DNA of 64,000 bases from Dehalococcoidia bacterium (GCA_965207225.1 CBDBLV010000005.1:1280001-1344000), one strand, 5' to 3'; numbered from the stretch's first letter, positions 9,922 to 20,493 are shown. Translations and numbers: made by a program. The notes: generated by a model not told the origin, from the letters alone.

Positions 9922-11001
9922 CTACAACGAATAGTGCTCCCGCGCCGCCAAATGCGTCGGATCATCCAACCGGAAGGTATCCGGGTTCCGACCCCTCTCC
10001 AGCGCCAGCCAGTACGTGAACAGCTGCAACGGCACCAGGTACACTACCGGCGACAACGCCTCCACGACCCCCGGCAGCCTAATCACATTGTCCGCCACCG
10101 ACGCCATATCCCCATCCCCCTCAGAAACCAGGGCGGTCAACCCCGCACCCGTGGCTTTTGCCGCCTTCCCTATCTCCACCGATCTCTCGTACCCGGGCCC
10201 CGGGGGTGAGATCAGCGTCACCGAGCACCCCGGCCCCGTCGCCACGAACGGCCCGTGCAAGAACTGCTCCAACTGAAAGGCAGTGGTTACGTCGTAGGCC
10301 GCCTCGTTTATCTTCAACGCCACCTCGTACGCCGTCGACGCATTGGGCCCCCATCCCGCAAAGCAATACCACGCGAAGTCCCTTACTTTCCCAACTAGCT
10401 CCCTTACCTGCTCCTCCGTCCTCAGCGCCGACGCCACGGCCCCTGGTAGTCCCTCCATCTCCCGACCCAACCCCTCCCCACCATCGACCCGGGAAGCGAT
10501 CATCGCCAGCGCAGTCATCGCACCCGTATGGCTAATCGTGAATGCGGAAGACCGGTCCCGGTACGTAGTTCTCACCACCACGTCTGCCTGGTCCAGCTTC
10601 GCCTCCGAAGTCTGACAGGTTACAAGGGCCGTAGACGCCCCCGACGCCTTCGCCAGTGCTAGCGCCTCCCCCGAGTAGTGCTTCGTCCCGCTATGGGCCA
10701 TCACTATAACCAGGTCGTCACTAGAGAGTTGCGGGGGATAGGAGGCAAACTCGAAAGAATGCCACGCCCTCGCCTCAGACAACCCCACAGATCTGAAAAG
10801 ATGTTCCCCCACTAGAGACGCATGCCAGGACGTCCCGATTCCGCACACATGCACTTTTCTTACCCTCGACACCAGGTCCGCAACCTCGTTCGCCGCCGAG
10901 CCCTGACTGCTCAAAATCTGAGCAATCGCCTCAGGCTGGTCCTGGATGCAATCGTGCATATAATACGGGTGCTTTTCCCGGGGAGGTGGTCTCTTCGCCA
11001 T
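9922..11001 (-). CDS. Double-SIS-domain sugar-phosphate isomerase/deaminase (GlmS C-terminal-like, no glutaminase domain)
   Basis: CGIGTSWHA, HSG, EVALKINE, FLHGP, VPLQLF..LALERGRNPD. Confidence 0.82.
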   Translation of the reverse strand: MAKRPPPREKHPYYMHDCIQDQPEAIAQILSSQGSAANEVADLVSRVRKVHVCGIGTSWHASLVGEHLFRSVGLSEARAWHSFEFASYPPQLSSDDLVIVMAHSGTKHYSGEALALAKASGASTALVTCQTSEAKLDQADVVVRTTYRDRSSAFTISHTGAMTALAMIASRVDGGEGLGREMEGLPGAVASALRTEEQVRELVGKVRDFAWYCFAGWGPNASTAYEVALKINEAAYDVTTAFQLEQFLHGPFVATGPGCSVTLISPPGPGYERSVEIGKAAKATGAGLTALVSEGDGDMASVADNVIRLPGVVEALSPVVYLVPLQLFTYWLALERGRNPDTFRLDDPTHLAAREHYSL

Positions 11002-11197
11002 CTGTTATCTCCTGGTTGATATGGAAGTCGGGAGTATAACTCCGAGTCTACGGCCAGACAAACGTCCCGCTTAAACTAGTTAGACTGACCGCGCAAACTT
11101 TCTGTGTAATGGTTATTGAAAAGCGTTCCAGTACCAACCAGAGATTACATGGCCTGAGGCCCAAGACCGTAGTGCAGACTATCCGCAGACCTCAAGA

Positions 11198-11749
11198 CTA
11201 CAAAGGCAGCAGTGGCCTGTCCCCCGACTCCAGCGGCACCTCGAACGTGTTCAGCGCCCCGGCTAGCATCGCGTAATACCCCGTCGTCGCCGTCAGGTCA
11301 ACCGCCCCCCGTGCCCCGAATCTCCCCAACACTGCTCCTCGGGCCTCATTCGACGCCTTGTGCTCCCGTATCGTCTCCTGCACGTACCTGACAACCAGCG
11401 CCTCCACCTCATCCAATCCCGACGGTGCGGTCCGGTCTCTCACCGCCGCAATTGCCTCCTCCCTGACCCCCGCCTCCCGGGCCAGCGGCTCATGATACGT
11501 CCACTCGTACTGGCAGTCCCACTCCCGTGCCGTTACCAGTATCGCCAGCTCCGTGACCTCTCCCGGCAGGCTCGATTCGAACCTGATGTAAGCTCCCAGG
11601 TGCCCCACCCGACGTCCAGCTTCCGGGCTGTTCAGCAAAACCGAAAACGGTCCCGACACCCCACCCCTGCTCCCCACAATCTCGTCATACGCCTCCCACC
11701 CTTCTTCCGGCAGGTCTTCCCTGCTTTTGATTCTCGGCACATTTGTCAT
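11198..11749 (-). CDS. Carboxymuconolactone decarboxylase/AhpD-like family protein
   Basis: GPFSVLLNSP, ELAILVTAR..CQYEW.YH..LA..AG. Confidence 0.8.
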   Translation of the reverse strand: MTNVPRIKSREDLPEEGWEAYDEIVGSRGGVSGPFSVLLNSPEAGRRVGHLGAYIRFESSLPGEVTELAILVTAREWDCQYEWTYHEPLAREAGVREEAIAAVRDRTAPSGLDEVEALVVRYVQETIREHKASNEARGAVLGRFGARGAVDLTATTGYYAMLAGALNTFEVPLESGDRPLLPL

Positions 11750-11769
11750 GAATTCATCACGCCTTTCAG

Positions 11770-13143
11770 TTAGTCCGCCGGTCCTCTCTTGAACAGCGAC
11801 ACCACCACCAAACCTCCACCTATAATCATGATGATTATCGTCGGCATAATCAGGCTATTCGTCACGTCCGTTATCATCGATGTCCCCACATCCACTGCCA
11901 GCTGGCACAGCGCCGGTTCTACCTCTGCCGCCCTCCCCACCAGCCCGTCGCACCCTACGTGCCCCACCTCCAGGAAAGACGCAAACATCCCTGTCAGTTG
12001 ACTCTTCAAGATGAGAGCCAACCCCAGGAACGCAAGCCCCGACAGCAATATCGCCAGACCCGGCCACCCGATGAATCCTTTCAAACCCGGCAACTGGAAC
12101 AGCCCTAGGAGAACACTGAACCCCACTATTGCCAGTATCCCTACCCAGGACCCGGCCGTGCCACCCCACGTCAACCACCCCCTGTATCCATCCACCTCCC
12201 GAAGCACCTCGTCCTTGCCCACCCCCCGATTCTTCGCAATCTTGCCTAGTGGATCAAACCGGTCCTCTCTGTCCAGCTGGTTGTCCCGGAATTCGTCCAG
12301 ACCGCTCTGGATCAAAGGCCCGACCAACGGCTCCACCGCCACGACTAGCACCTCCGTCAACGCTTCCCGAGAGTCAGGTAGTCCAAACGCTGTATGAATC
12401 TCGTCATCCACCTCATCCAGAAATCCGAGAATCTCCGGCGAAAGACCCCTCTCCCTCGCCAATTCCTTCGCCCGGGCATACGCCTCCGGCCTCTCATCCG
12501 CCGCCACACCTACCAGCGAAGGCGCAGTAATTGGGAACCGCGGGTCCTGCAGCTGGATTAATGTATCCGCCAGCCCTTCACTCAGGGCTTCGGCTCTCTG
12601 CACGTCCGTGCCCTCCACCGGCGGCAGGATCGTCAGGTTGTCTTCTATCTCCTGCGCTAGGAACCGTATCAGCGCCGGCTTGGCTGTACCTTCCACCGGC
12701 TCGACTCCCTCGGGAGCAGGTACCCCTGTCCCGATAATTGGCCGGAAATAGATGTACACATTCGGTATCTCTATTGGCTCTCCCGTGGCGGGATCAATCT
12801 CCTCGTTGAGATACTCCACCGCCCCCCCCACCCCCGCTTCCACCTGCCTCCGCAACTCCGGTGGCGGCAGAATGTCCTTTATTAGCGGCTCAACGTCCTC
12901 TTCTTCCAGTTGAATGTTGCCTAAGAATGTCGCCCGCTCATCCCCTTGTATCTGCTTTATTACCTCGGGCACCAACACGGCATCGTATAGTTTGTTATAC
13001 GCGTCGTTCTCCGAAAAATGCTCGAAGTAGAACTCCTCGGATAGAAAATGGGAGTGCAGCGCATGGGTCGTCAGATAGCTCAACACCCCCAGGAAAATCA
13101 GCAGCCCCAGTATCAGGCTTATGACAATCCTAAGAGTGCCCAT
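11770..13143 (-). CDS. Hypothetical membrane protein (1 N-terminal TM, large acidic domain, 3 C-terminal TMs)
   Basis: 457-aa ORF with the local codon bias and hydrophobic segments; family not recognised. Confidence 0.7.
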   Translation of the reverse strand: MGTLRIVISLILGLLIFLGVLSYLTTHALHSHFLSEEFYFEHFSENDAYNKLYDAVLVPEVIKQIQGDERATFLGNIQLEEEDVEPLIKDILPPPELRRQVEAGVGGAVEYLNEEIDPATGEPIEIPNVYIYFRPIIGTGVPAPEGVEPVEGTAKPALIRFLAQEIEDNLTILPPVEGTDVQRAEALSEGLADTLIQLQDPRFPITAPSLVGVAADERPEAYARAKELARERGLSPEILGFLDEVDDEIHTAFGLPDSREALTEVLVVAVEPLVGPLIQSGLDEFRDNQLDREDRFDPLGKIAKNRGVGKDEVLREVDGYRGWLTWGGTAGSWVGILAIVGFSVLLGLFQLPGLKGFIGWPGLAILLSGLAFLGLALILKSQLTGMFASFLEVGHVGCDGLVGRAAEVEPALCQLAVDVGTSMITDVTNSLIMPTIIIMIIGGGLVVVSLFKRGPAD

Positions 13144-13201
13144 GCTTCACAATGACCGCTGCTCGAAATGGCCCCCTGGCCCCGACCCGCCGAGATTCGG
13201 C

Positions 13202-14167
13202 TCACCGCTCCTGCTTCCCGTCCCGAAACTCCCTTGGCAGGATAAAGGTGATGTTCTCCTCCGCGCCCTCCAGCGTGCTTACCCTTTCGGGGTTTAGCGC
13301 CTCGACAACCTGTTTCACCAGCAGTTCCGGCGTGGATGCCCCCGAGATTATCCCCACCCTTTTCACGTCCTCCCCTATCTCCAACCCGTCCAGGTCCTGC
13401 GCCCCGCTGATAAGGTACGCCGGCACCCCCAGCGCCTCCGCCACGTCCCTCAATCGGTTGCAGTTGGAGCTTTGCCGCGCCCCGATTACCAGCACCAGGT
13501 CCGACTTCTCTGCCAATCGCTGCACCGCTTCCTGTCGATTCGTCGTCGCGTAGCAGATGTCGTTCCTCACCAGTGAATTCGAAAAGCGTTCCTTTACCTT
13601 GTCAACGGCTTTGGACGTGTCCATCACTGACAAAGTTGTCTGCGTCAAGACCACCAGGGGGCTTTCTTCATCCCAATCAGGAAGGTTGATCTCCTCCCTT
13701 TCGTCAATCAGTTCCATGGACGTCTGCCCCATCGTCCCGATAACCTCCTGGTGTCCCGGATGGCCGATCAGGACAACCTTCCGACCCTCCTTGGCGTATT
13801 TCCGCGCTTCGTTATGTACCTTAGTCACCAGGGGGCAGGTGGCATCGATCACCCTGTGCCCCTTCTCCCGAGCTCTTTCGAAATCCTCGGGCGGAGACCC
13901 GTGCGCAGAGAACACAACCACCGCATCCTCAGGAACCTCGTCCACGTCCTCCACAGTTATCGCTCCCTTTGCCTCCAGCGACTCCACAACATAAGGGTTG
14001 TGCACTATCTCGTGCTTCACGTATACGGGTGGCCCGTACTTCTCCAGGGCCAACTCAACGATGTCTATCGCCCGCACCACCCCTGCACAGAAACCCCTCG
14101 GCGTCGCTAGAAAAACCTCCAAAGTTGCATCTCCCTTTTTCCGCTCAGACTTGCTCCGCTTCAGCAA
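13202..14167 (-). CDS. ispH: 4-hydroxy-3-methylbut-2-enyl diphosphate reductase
   Basis: PRGFCAGVVRA, EIVHN, FSAHG, DATCPLVTKVH, TQTT, DICYATTNRQ, SSN; exact start uncertain. Confidence 0.95.
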   Translation of the reverse strand: MLKRSKSERKKGDATLEVFLATPRGFCAGVVRAIDIVELALEKYGPPVYVKHEIVHNPYVVESLEAKGAITVEDVDEVPEDAVVVFSAHGSPPEDFERAREKGHRVIDATCPLVTKVHNEARKYAKEGRKVVLIGHPGHQEVIGTMGQTSMELIDEREEINLPDWDEESPLVVLTQTTLSVMDTSKAVDKVKERFSNSLVRNDICYATTNRQEAVQRLAEKSDLVLVIGARQSSNCNRLRDVAEALGVPAYLISGAQDLDGLEIGEDVKRVGIISGASTPELLVKQVVEALNPERVSTLEGAEENITFILPREFRDGKQER

Positions 14168-14197
14168 TTATACATCCCAACCACCCTAACCCTTTTC

Positions 14198-14224
14198 CAA
14201 TTCCGACGCCCCGCTAGGAATCTG
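14198..14224 (+). repeat. Degenerate R1 copy
   Basis: CAATTCCGACGCCCCGCTAGGAATCTG. Confidence 0.65.
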
Positions 14225-14305
14225 GGACTAGCCCGCACACGTTTCCTCTCCCAATGGACACCCTTCCCTCCTTTCACTAACATTACCCCCGTCTCCCACC
14301 CAACC

Positions 14306-15481
14306 ATGCACCAGCTCCTCCAAAACCTCAAGGTACTCGACCTCACCCACTACGTCGCTGGCCCCTACTGCACCAGGCTCCTCGCCGACTACGGCGCCGA
14401 CGTCCTAAAGGTCGAAAAACCCCATACCGGAGACCCCGCCCGACGCCTCTCTCCCTTCCAAAACGACATTCCCCAACCCGAGGAGAGTGGCCTCTTCTTC
14501 CACCTCAATGTCAACAAGCGCAGCATAACCATAAATCTACAGTCGAGGCTCGGTCGGCAAATTATCCAGCGACTCGTCCGCTGGGCCGACATCCTAGTCG
14601 AAAGTTTCCGACCCGGTACAATGGCCCGACTCGGCCTCCCATTCGACGCGCTCTCCAGCATCAATCCCTCCCTGCTCATGGTCTCAATCTCTAATTTCGG
14701 GCAGACCGGTCCCTACAGGGACTACTCCCTGGATGAAATCACCGGCTACGCTATGGGTGGCATGATGCACGCCAACGGTCTCCCGGAACGCGAGCCCCTA
14801 AAGTTGGGCGGACGCGTCGGCCTCTACCAGGCCGGGACCGTCGCCGCCGGCGCAGCCCTTACCGCCCTCTACGGCGCCCGGGCAACCGGCCGCGCCGACC
14901 ACGTCGACGTCTCTATTTTCGAGACCCAGGCTGGCAGCATCGATAGACGCGCCAACTGGATTCTCGCCTACCAGTACACCGGCGAAAACGCCCTCCGCCT
15001 TGGCCCTACCCTCTATTCCGCCCAGCGCCCGACCAGTGACGGCTACATCGAGATGTGGACCGTGGGCGCCATGCTCCCCCGACTCGCCAACGCCCTCGGA
15101 ATCAGCATCGACCACCCCGAGCGCCAGGCCGACCTACTTGAAGAACTAGAAGCCCGGGTCCTCGACTGGAGCCTCAGCCACACAAAGCAGGAACTCTGGT
15201 TCAAGGCCCAGGAGCAGCGCATACCCTCAGGCCCCCTCAACTACATAGACGAAGTCCTATCCGATCCCCAATTCCGGGCCATAGGCTTCTGGGATAACGC
15301 CGAACATCCCCATACCGGCAATATCCGCTTACCCGGCGGCCCCTTCGCCCCCCATACCGCCCCGAGACAGCTCCGCCGCCCCGCCCCCACCCTCGGCCAG
15401 CACAACCGAGAAGTCCTGTCCGGCCTCCTCGGCTTCACCACTTCCCAACTCTCTCGCCTGGCCCAACAGGGAGCCATCTAG
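14306..15481 (+). CDS. CaiB/BaiF family (class III) CoA-transferase
   Basis: LKVLDLTHYVAGPYCTRLLADYGADVLKVE, NVNKRSI, FRPG, APTLGQHN. Confidence 0.9.
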   Translation: MHQLLQNLKVLDLTHYVAGPYCTRLLADYGADVLKVEKPHTGDPARRLSPFQNDIPQPEESGLFFHLNVNKRSITINLQSRLGRQIIQRLVRWADILVESFRPGTMARLGLPFDALSSINPSLLMVSISNFGQTGPYRDYSLDEITGYAMGGMMHANGLPEREPLKLGGRVGLYQAGTVAAGAALTALYGARATGRADHVDVSIFETQAGSIDRRANWILAYQYTGENALRLGPTLYSAQRPTSDGYIEMWTVGAMLPRLANALGISIDHPERQADLLEELEARVLDWSLSHTKQELWFKAQEQRIPSGPLNYIDEVLSDPQFRAIGFWDNAEHPHTGNIRLPGGPFAPHTAPRQLRRPAPTLGQHNREVLSGLLGFTTSQLSRLAQQGAI

Positions 15482-15484
15482 AAA

Positions 15485-16789
15485 ATGACCGGCGAGGGTA
15501 TTGGCCGCTTTCCCCTTTCCAACACCCGCGTCCTCGACCTCTCCATTGTCTGGGCCGGACCCTACGCCACCCAACTCCTCGCCGATTGGGGCGCAGAGGT
15601 CATCCGCGTCGAACCCCTCTCCGTCTTCCAGCCCGTCACCCGTGGCGTCGTTCCGCGACCCCAAAAAGGCCAGTTCCTCTCAGCCCATAAGTTCCCCAAC
15701 AACGACCCCGAACCCCGGCCCTGGAACCGTGACTCCGCCTTCAACACTCACGCCCGTAACAAGCTCAGCATGTCCCTCAACTTGGACGAACAAGACGGTC
15801 GTTCAGTCTTCACCGACCTGGTCTCCATTAGCGATATCTTGCTGGAAAACAACCCCGTTTCCACCCTCGCCAAGCTCGGCATCGACTACCCCTGGCTCCG
15901 AAACATACGGGCCGATATCATAGTAGTCCGTATGCCTCCCTACGGCCTGCACGGCCCCTACCGCCATTTCCGCTCCGTTGGCTCATCCCTTGAAGCCGTT
16001 ATGGGCCACACCAGCATCCGCGGCTACCGCGATACCGACCCCTCAATGACCAGCACCGTCTACACCGCCGACGCCGCAGCCGGGGCCAACGCAGCCTTTG
16101 CTGCTGTTTCTGCGCTGCTCTTCCGCCAGGAATCGGGGCTCGGGGGCCTTATAGAGGTCGGCCAAGCTCAGGCCATGCTCCCCTACCTTGGAGAAGCCCT
16201 CGTAGACCACTCCATGAACTCCCGTGTCCAGTCCACCCTCGCCAACGCCGACTATTCGAAAGCGCCCCACGGCTGCTATCCCTGCGCTGGCGGGGATAAC
16301 TGGATAACGATCTCCATAAACTCCGATGCCCATTGGCAAGCCCTGTGCCAGCTAATCAACTCCCCTACCCTGTCCAACGACCCCCGCTACAACACAGTCC
16401 TCGGACGCTGGAGATGCCAGGAAGAAATCGACGCCCATATAGCCCGCTGGACTCGAGACAAGGCCCCCCACTCACTGATGACCCAACTCCAACGCGCAGG
16501 CATTCCCTCCGGCCCGGTAATGAAGGAGTCGGCGCTCCTGGCCGACTCCCACCTCGCCCACCGCGGCTTCTTCCAGACGTTGGACCACTCGGAAACGGGT
16601 GTCTACCGCTACCCCGGCCCCATGTGGCGCTCCCGGTCCCTCCCTAACCAACTTCGCACCCCGCCCTGCAACCTCGGTGAGCACAACCCCTACGTCTACA
16701 AAGACCTGCTAGGCTACGACAATACTAGATACGCCGACCTGGAGACCGCAGGCCACATCGGAACCGAATTCCATACCCACGTCACCTGA
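15485..16789 (+). CDS. CaiB/BaiF family CoA-transferase (partner paralog)
   Basis: RVLDLSIVWAGPYATQLLADWGAEVIRVE, ARNKLS, LGEHN. Confidence 0.9.
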   Translation: MTGEGIGRFPLSNTRVLDLSIVWAGPYATQLLADWGAEVIRVEPLSVFQPVTRGVVPRPQKGQFLSAHKFPNNDPEPRPWNRDSAFNTHARNKLSMSLNLDEQDGRSVFTDLVSISDILLENNPVSTLAKLGIDYPWLRNIRADIIVVRMPPYGLHGPYRHFRSVGSSLEAVMGHTSIRGYRDTDPSMTSTVYTADAAAGANAAFAAVSALLFRQESGLGGLIEVGQAQAMLPYLGEALVDHSMNSRVQSTLANADYSKAPHGCYPCAGGDNWITISINSDAHWQALCQLINSPTLSNDPRYNTVLGRWRCQEEIDAHIARWTRDKAPHSLMTQLQRAGIPSGPVMKESALLADSHLAHRGFFQTLDHSETGVYRYPGPMWRSRSLPNQLRTPPCNLGEHNPYVYKDLLGYDNTRYADLETAGHIGTEFHTHVT

Positions 16790-16832
16790 TGCTTCATTAG
16801 CATCCCCCCGCAGCGGCGATCGGTGGGTACCC

Positions 16833-18428
16833 CTACCACCCGATCGCACACCCATCCTTCCGAGGCTCCGACCCACCCCTCAACACCCCCGTCTCCGCAT
16901 CCCGCTCGATGATCTGTCCTCCACCGAACAGGCTCCGGTTTTCGTCTCCGTAGGTGACCACGTGGTGACCCCTCCTCATCAACTCCTGCAGCACCCCACC
17001 ATCGACCTCCTCCTCTAACGCCACCCCGTCCCCGATAATCGAACTGAACCTCAGCGCATCCAGCGCCTCCTGAGGCTCGAGGTCGAAGTCGACCATGTTC
17101 GCCATCACCTGCAGATGTCCCTGCGGCTGTTGGAACCCACCCATCACCCCGAACGACAACCACATCTCGTCCCCACGAGTCGCCATCGCCGGAATTATCG
17201 TGTGATACGGCCTCTTCCCCGGAGCCAGCGCATTTGGGTGCTCCGGGTCCAATGAGAACAGCGCCCCCCGGTTATGCAGCGCAATCCCCGTGCCCGGCAC
17301 CACCAGCCCGGTCCCGAAACTCTCGTAGAGGCTGTTAATGAATGAGCACGCGTTCCCCTCCCCGTCCACAACTGTCAAATACGCCGTATTCGCCGCCGCA
17401 TACACGTTCCCCGGCTTAGGATGCTGGATCACCCCGTCACAGGTAATCTCCCCCCGACGCTCTGCCGCATACCCCTTGTCCAGCAGCACCTTCACCGGCA
17501 CGTCGACCTTGGCCGGGTCCCCGATGTACCTCAGCGCATCCGCATAAGCCAGCCGCATCGACTCGATCAAATGGTGATACGTGTCAGCGCTTTGGAATCC
17601 CATTCCCCGGATGTCGAATCCCTCGGCGATGTTCATCGCCATTAACGCCGCCAGCCCGTGACCGTTGGGTGGACACTCCCACACGGTTACCCCGCGGTAG
17701 TCGCTGTGGATCGGCTCATCCCACGTAGACTCGTGGCTCTCCAGATCCTCCTTCTCCAGGCACCCTCCCATTTCTTGGACGTAATTCGCTATCTTTGCGG
17801 CCAGCTTCCCCTTGTAAAACGCTCCTGGCCCCCGCCTCGCGATTGTCTTCAGCACTTCCGCCATCTCCGGCACCCTCATTACCTCCCCCGCCCTCGGCGC
17901 CCGACCGTTCACCAACAGCTCGCCACCCGATGGACACCTCGCCAGCTTGGCCTCGTTGTTCTTCCACGACCGGCCGAGCACCTTCTGTACCACGAACCCA
18001 TCGCTGGCATACCCGATGGCCGGCTTAAGAAGTCGGGAAAGAGGCATCGTCCCATGTCTCTTGAGCAGCGCGTCCCACCCGTCCACTATGCCCGGCACCG
18101 TCACCGACTGCGCCCCCAGCTGCGGCATCTCCCTGTACCCTTCCCTCCTCAGTTCCTCCAGCGACGCCCTTCCCCCCGCCCTTCCACTCCCGTTCAGCGC
18201 CGTCACCTTCCGGTCCTTCGCCATCCAGGTCAGGGCGAACATGTCGCCCCCCAACCCCGTTGACATAGGCTCCGTAACGCACAGCGCCGCCGACGTAGCG
18301 ATCGCCGCATCTACCGCATTGCCTCCCTCTTCCAGCACCCGAAGCCCTGCCATCGCCGCCTGTGTCTCACTCGTGGCTACCATCCCGTGCCGGGCCACGA
18401 CTGACGGTCTTGTTGTGTAGAAGCTCAT
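16833..18428 (-). CDS. ggt: Gamma-glutamyltransferase
   Basis: GGNAVDAAIA, GLGGD, N-T cleavage site (ANTAYL..VD.EGN), FG.G, PGKRPYHTIIP, GVMGG..QPQG, EPRKDG. Confidence 0.92.
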   Translation of the reverse strand: MSFYTTRPSVVARHGMVATSETQAAMAGLRVLEEGGNAVDAAIATSAALCVTEPMSTGLGGDMFALTWMAKDRKVTALNGSGRAGGRASLEELRREGYREMPQLGAQSVTVPGIVDGWDALLKRHGTMPLSRLLKPAIGYASDGFVVQKVLGRSWKNNEAKLARCPSGGELLVNGRAPRAGEVMRVPEMAEVLKTIARRGPGAFYKGKLAAKIANYVQEMGGCLEKEDLESHESTWDEPIHSDYRGVTVWECPPNGHGLAALMAMNIAEGFDIRGMGFQSADTYHHLIESMRLAYADALRYIGDPAKVDVPVKVLLDKGYAAERRGEITCDGVIQHPKPGNVYAAANTAYLTVVDGEGNACSFINSLYESFGTGLVVPGTGIALHNRGALFSLDPEHPNALAPGKRPYHTIIPAMATRGDEMWLSFGVMGGFQQPQGHLQVMANMVDFDLEPQEALDALRFSSIIGDGVALEEEVDGGVLQELMRRGHHVVTYGDENRSLFGGGQIIERDAETGVLRGGSEPRKDGCAIGW

Positions 18429-18457
18429 CTCTTCCTCCTGGTTATCGAAATGTCATA

Positions 18458-19252
18458 TTAGTTCGCCGCATCCCGCTCGTCGAACACTTCCTTGGCCACC
18501 CCTAGTGCGTTAAGGCACGCGGGAAGCCCGCAATAGTACACCAGGTGCATGAACAGCTCCCCCACTTCCTCCCGACTCCACCCCAGGTTCAGCGCGAAAT
18601 CTATGTGCCCCTTCAACTGCGGCAGCCGACCCAGCGCACACAGCGCCGACATCGTCGCTATGCTCCGCACCTTCTTCTCTAGGCCCGGCCTCCCCCACAC
18701 ATCCCCGAACAGGCTGGCCTTCACCCAGTCGCCCATTCCCTCCGCCAGTGCGTATTGCGGCAGGGACGCTGAATCCGCGTGCCCGAGGCTCAGCTCGTCC
18801 AACACATCATGGCCCCTGGCTATCCGCTCCTCCGTCGACTCCCCACCCTCCGCCTCCTCAAACCCATCCTCCATCAGACCCCGCTCCTCGAAAACAACTC
18901 TCGCCACCGACAAAGCGTTCAGCGTAGAAGGCAGCCCCGCATAGAAAACCAGGTGCATGAACATCTCTCCCAGCTCTTCCTTCGTCCACCCCAGGTTTAG
19001 CGCATACCCGATGTGCCCCTTCAGTTGCGGCTCCTTGCCAGTAACTGTCAGCACCGTCATCGTCGCAATGCTCCTGATCTTCTTAGGCAGCTGCGGCCTC
19101 CCCCACACCTCTCCGAACAGCGATGCCGTAACCCAGTCTCCCATACCCGGCACCAGGTCGTACTGCGGTAGCCCTGCCGCCGTCCTGCCCCCTAGGCTAA
19201 GCTCTTGATAGCTGGCTTCCCCTCGGTTTACCCTGTCCTCGAAATCCGACAT
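18458..19252 (-). CDS. Tandem two-domain carboxymuconolactone decarboxylase family protein
   Basis: Two copies of LFG.VWGRP.L.KK.RSIAT...PQLKGHI..ALNLGW..EE..E.FMHLV.Y.GLP. Confidence 0.85.
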   Translation of the reverse strand: MSDFEDRVNRGEASYQELSLGGRTAAGLPQYDLVPGMGDWVTASLFGEVWGRPQLPKKIRSIATMTVLTVTGKEPQLKGHIGYALNLGWTKEELGEMFMHLVFYAGLPSTLNALSVARVVFEERGLMEDGFEEAEGGESTEERIARGHDVLDELSLGHADSASLPQYALAEGMGDWVKASLFGDVWGRPGLEKKVRSIATMSALCALGRLPQLKGHIDFALNLGWSREEVGELFMHLVYYCGLPACLNALGVAKEVFDERDAAN

Positions 19253-19341
19253 ATCGCGTCCATTCTCCAAATTGTTGTTGGCCGGGCCCCATTATAGGCC
19301 ATCACAAGAGTCCTTTAGCATCCGACAATCGCAGGTGTCGA

Positions 19342-19372
19342 TCCCCTCAAGGGAGAGGGCTGGGGTGAGGGT
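19342..19372 (-). repeat. R2 copy (partial)
   Basis: CCCCTCAAGGGAGAGGGCTGGGGTGAGGGT. Confidence 0.7.
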
Positions 19373-19421
19373 GAAAGAGAGATTGGAAGACTGGTTAGTC
19401 AACGTCCTCGCGAGGTAGTGC

Positions 19422-19700
19422 ATGAGCAAAAGAAAACGCAAGTCCCCACAGGAAGACTACTCCCCCAAGGATCGCTCCATGGCTGGAAACCTCGGCGTCG
19501 TATTTGGCCCCATCGGCGCCCACCGCTTCTACCTCGGCTACCCAATCCACGGCATCATTCAGATACTGCTCACCCTCACCATCGTCGGCGCCCTATGGGG
19601 CATCTACGAAGGCATTACCATCCTCTGGGGCAACGAATGGCGGGACGGCCAGGGCCGTCTCCTCCGCCCCTCCCCCCCGACTGGCAAACAAGCCAAGTAG
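19422..19700 (+). CDS. TM2 domain small membrane protein
   Basis: GAGG RBS; G..GAHRFYLGY TM2 signature; ends DGQGRLL. Confidence 0.8.
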   Translation: MSKRKRKSPQEDYSPKDRSMAGNLGVVFGPIGAHRFYLGYPIHGIIQILLTLTIVGALWGIYEGITILWGNEWRDGQGRLLRPSPPTGKQAK

Positions 19701-19724
19701 CCATCATTCCTTAGGAGCAACACC

Positions 19725-20489
19725 ATGTACGAAAGCCTGAACGGAAAGGTCGCTCTAGTCACCGGCGGCGGTTCCGGCATCGGACGCGCAGCCTCCCTCG
19801 CCTTTGCCCGACGTGGCTGCAAAGTAGTCGTCTCAGATGTGAACGGCCCGGGGGGCCTCGAGACTGTCAAGCTCATCCTCGAAACCGGCGCCGAGGCCAT
19901 ATTCGTCCCCACCAACGTCACCCTTGCCTCCCAGGTAGAGGCCCTTGTTCAGCGCACCGTTAACCGGTTCGGTAGCCTCGACTGCGCCGTAAACAACGCC
20001 GGCGTCAATGTCGCCTCCCGTAACCCCACCCACCTATACTCCGAAGATGACTGGGACCGAATCATAGACGTCAACCTGCGCGGGGTATGGCTCTCCATGA
20101 AGTACGAAATACCCGTAATGCTGGAACAGGGCCGCGGCTCGATAGTGAACCTTGCATCCATCTACGGCATCGTCGGCGCCCCCAACACCGCCGCCTATAC
20201 CGCCAGCAAGCATGGTGTCTCCGGCCTGACAAGGGTGGCCGCCCTTGAATATGCCCAGGAAGGTATACGGGTCAATGCCGTAGGCCCGGGCTACACCGAC
20301 ACCTCAATGGTCCGCCGGGTTATCGACACCAACCCCGGTTTGGAAGACTGGATGATTGGCAAAACTCCCACCGGCCGCATGGGCAACCCCGAGGAGATCG
20401 CCGAGGCAATCGTCTGGCTCTCCTCCGACGAAGCCTCCTTCGTCACAGGCGCCGTAGTCCCAATAGACGGCGGCATGACCGCCCGCTAG
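19725..20489 (+). CDS. Short-chain dehydrogenase/reductase
   Basis: TGGGSGIG, NNAG, YTASK, IRVNAVGPG. Confidence 0.92.
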   Translation: MYESLNGKVALVTGGGSGIGRAASLAFARRGCKVVVSDVNGPGGLETVKLILETGAEAIFVPTNVTLASQVEALVQRTVNRFGSLDCAVNNAGVNVASRNPTHLYSEDDWDRIIDVNLRGVWLSMKYEIPVMLEQGRGSIVNLASIYGIVGAPNTAAYTASKHGVSGLTRVAALEYAQEGIRVNAVGPGYTDTSMVRRVIDTNPGLEDWMIGKTPTGRMGNPEEIAEAIVWLSSDEASFVTGAVVPIDGGMTAR

Positions 20490-20493
20490 CTCC

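Noticed and set aside
11002-11197. glmS ribozyme upstream of the GlmS-like SIS gene
   Set aside because: Core AGCGC...GACGAGG motifs are not seen, and the gene lacks the glutaminase domain.
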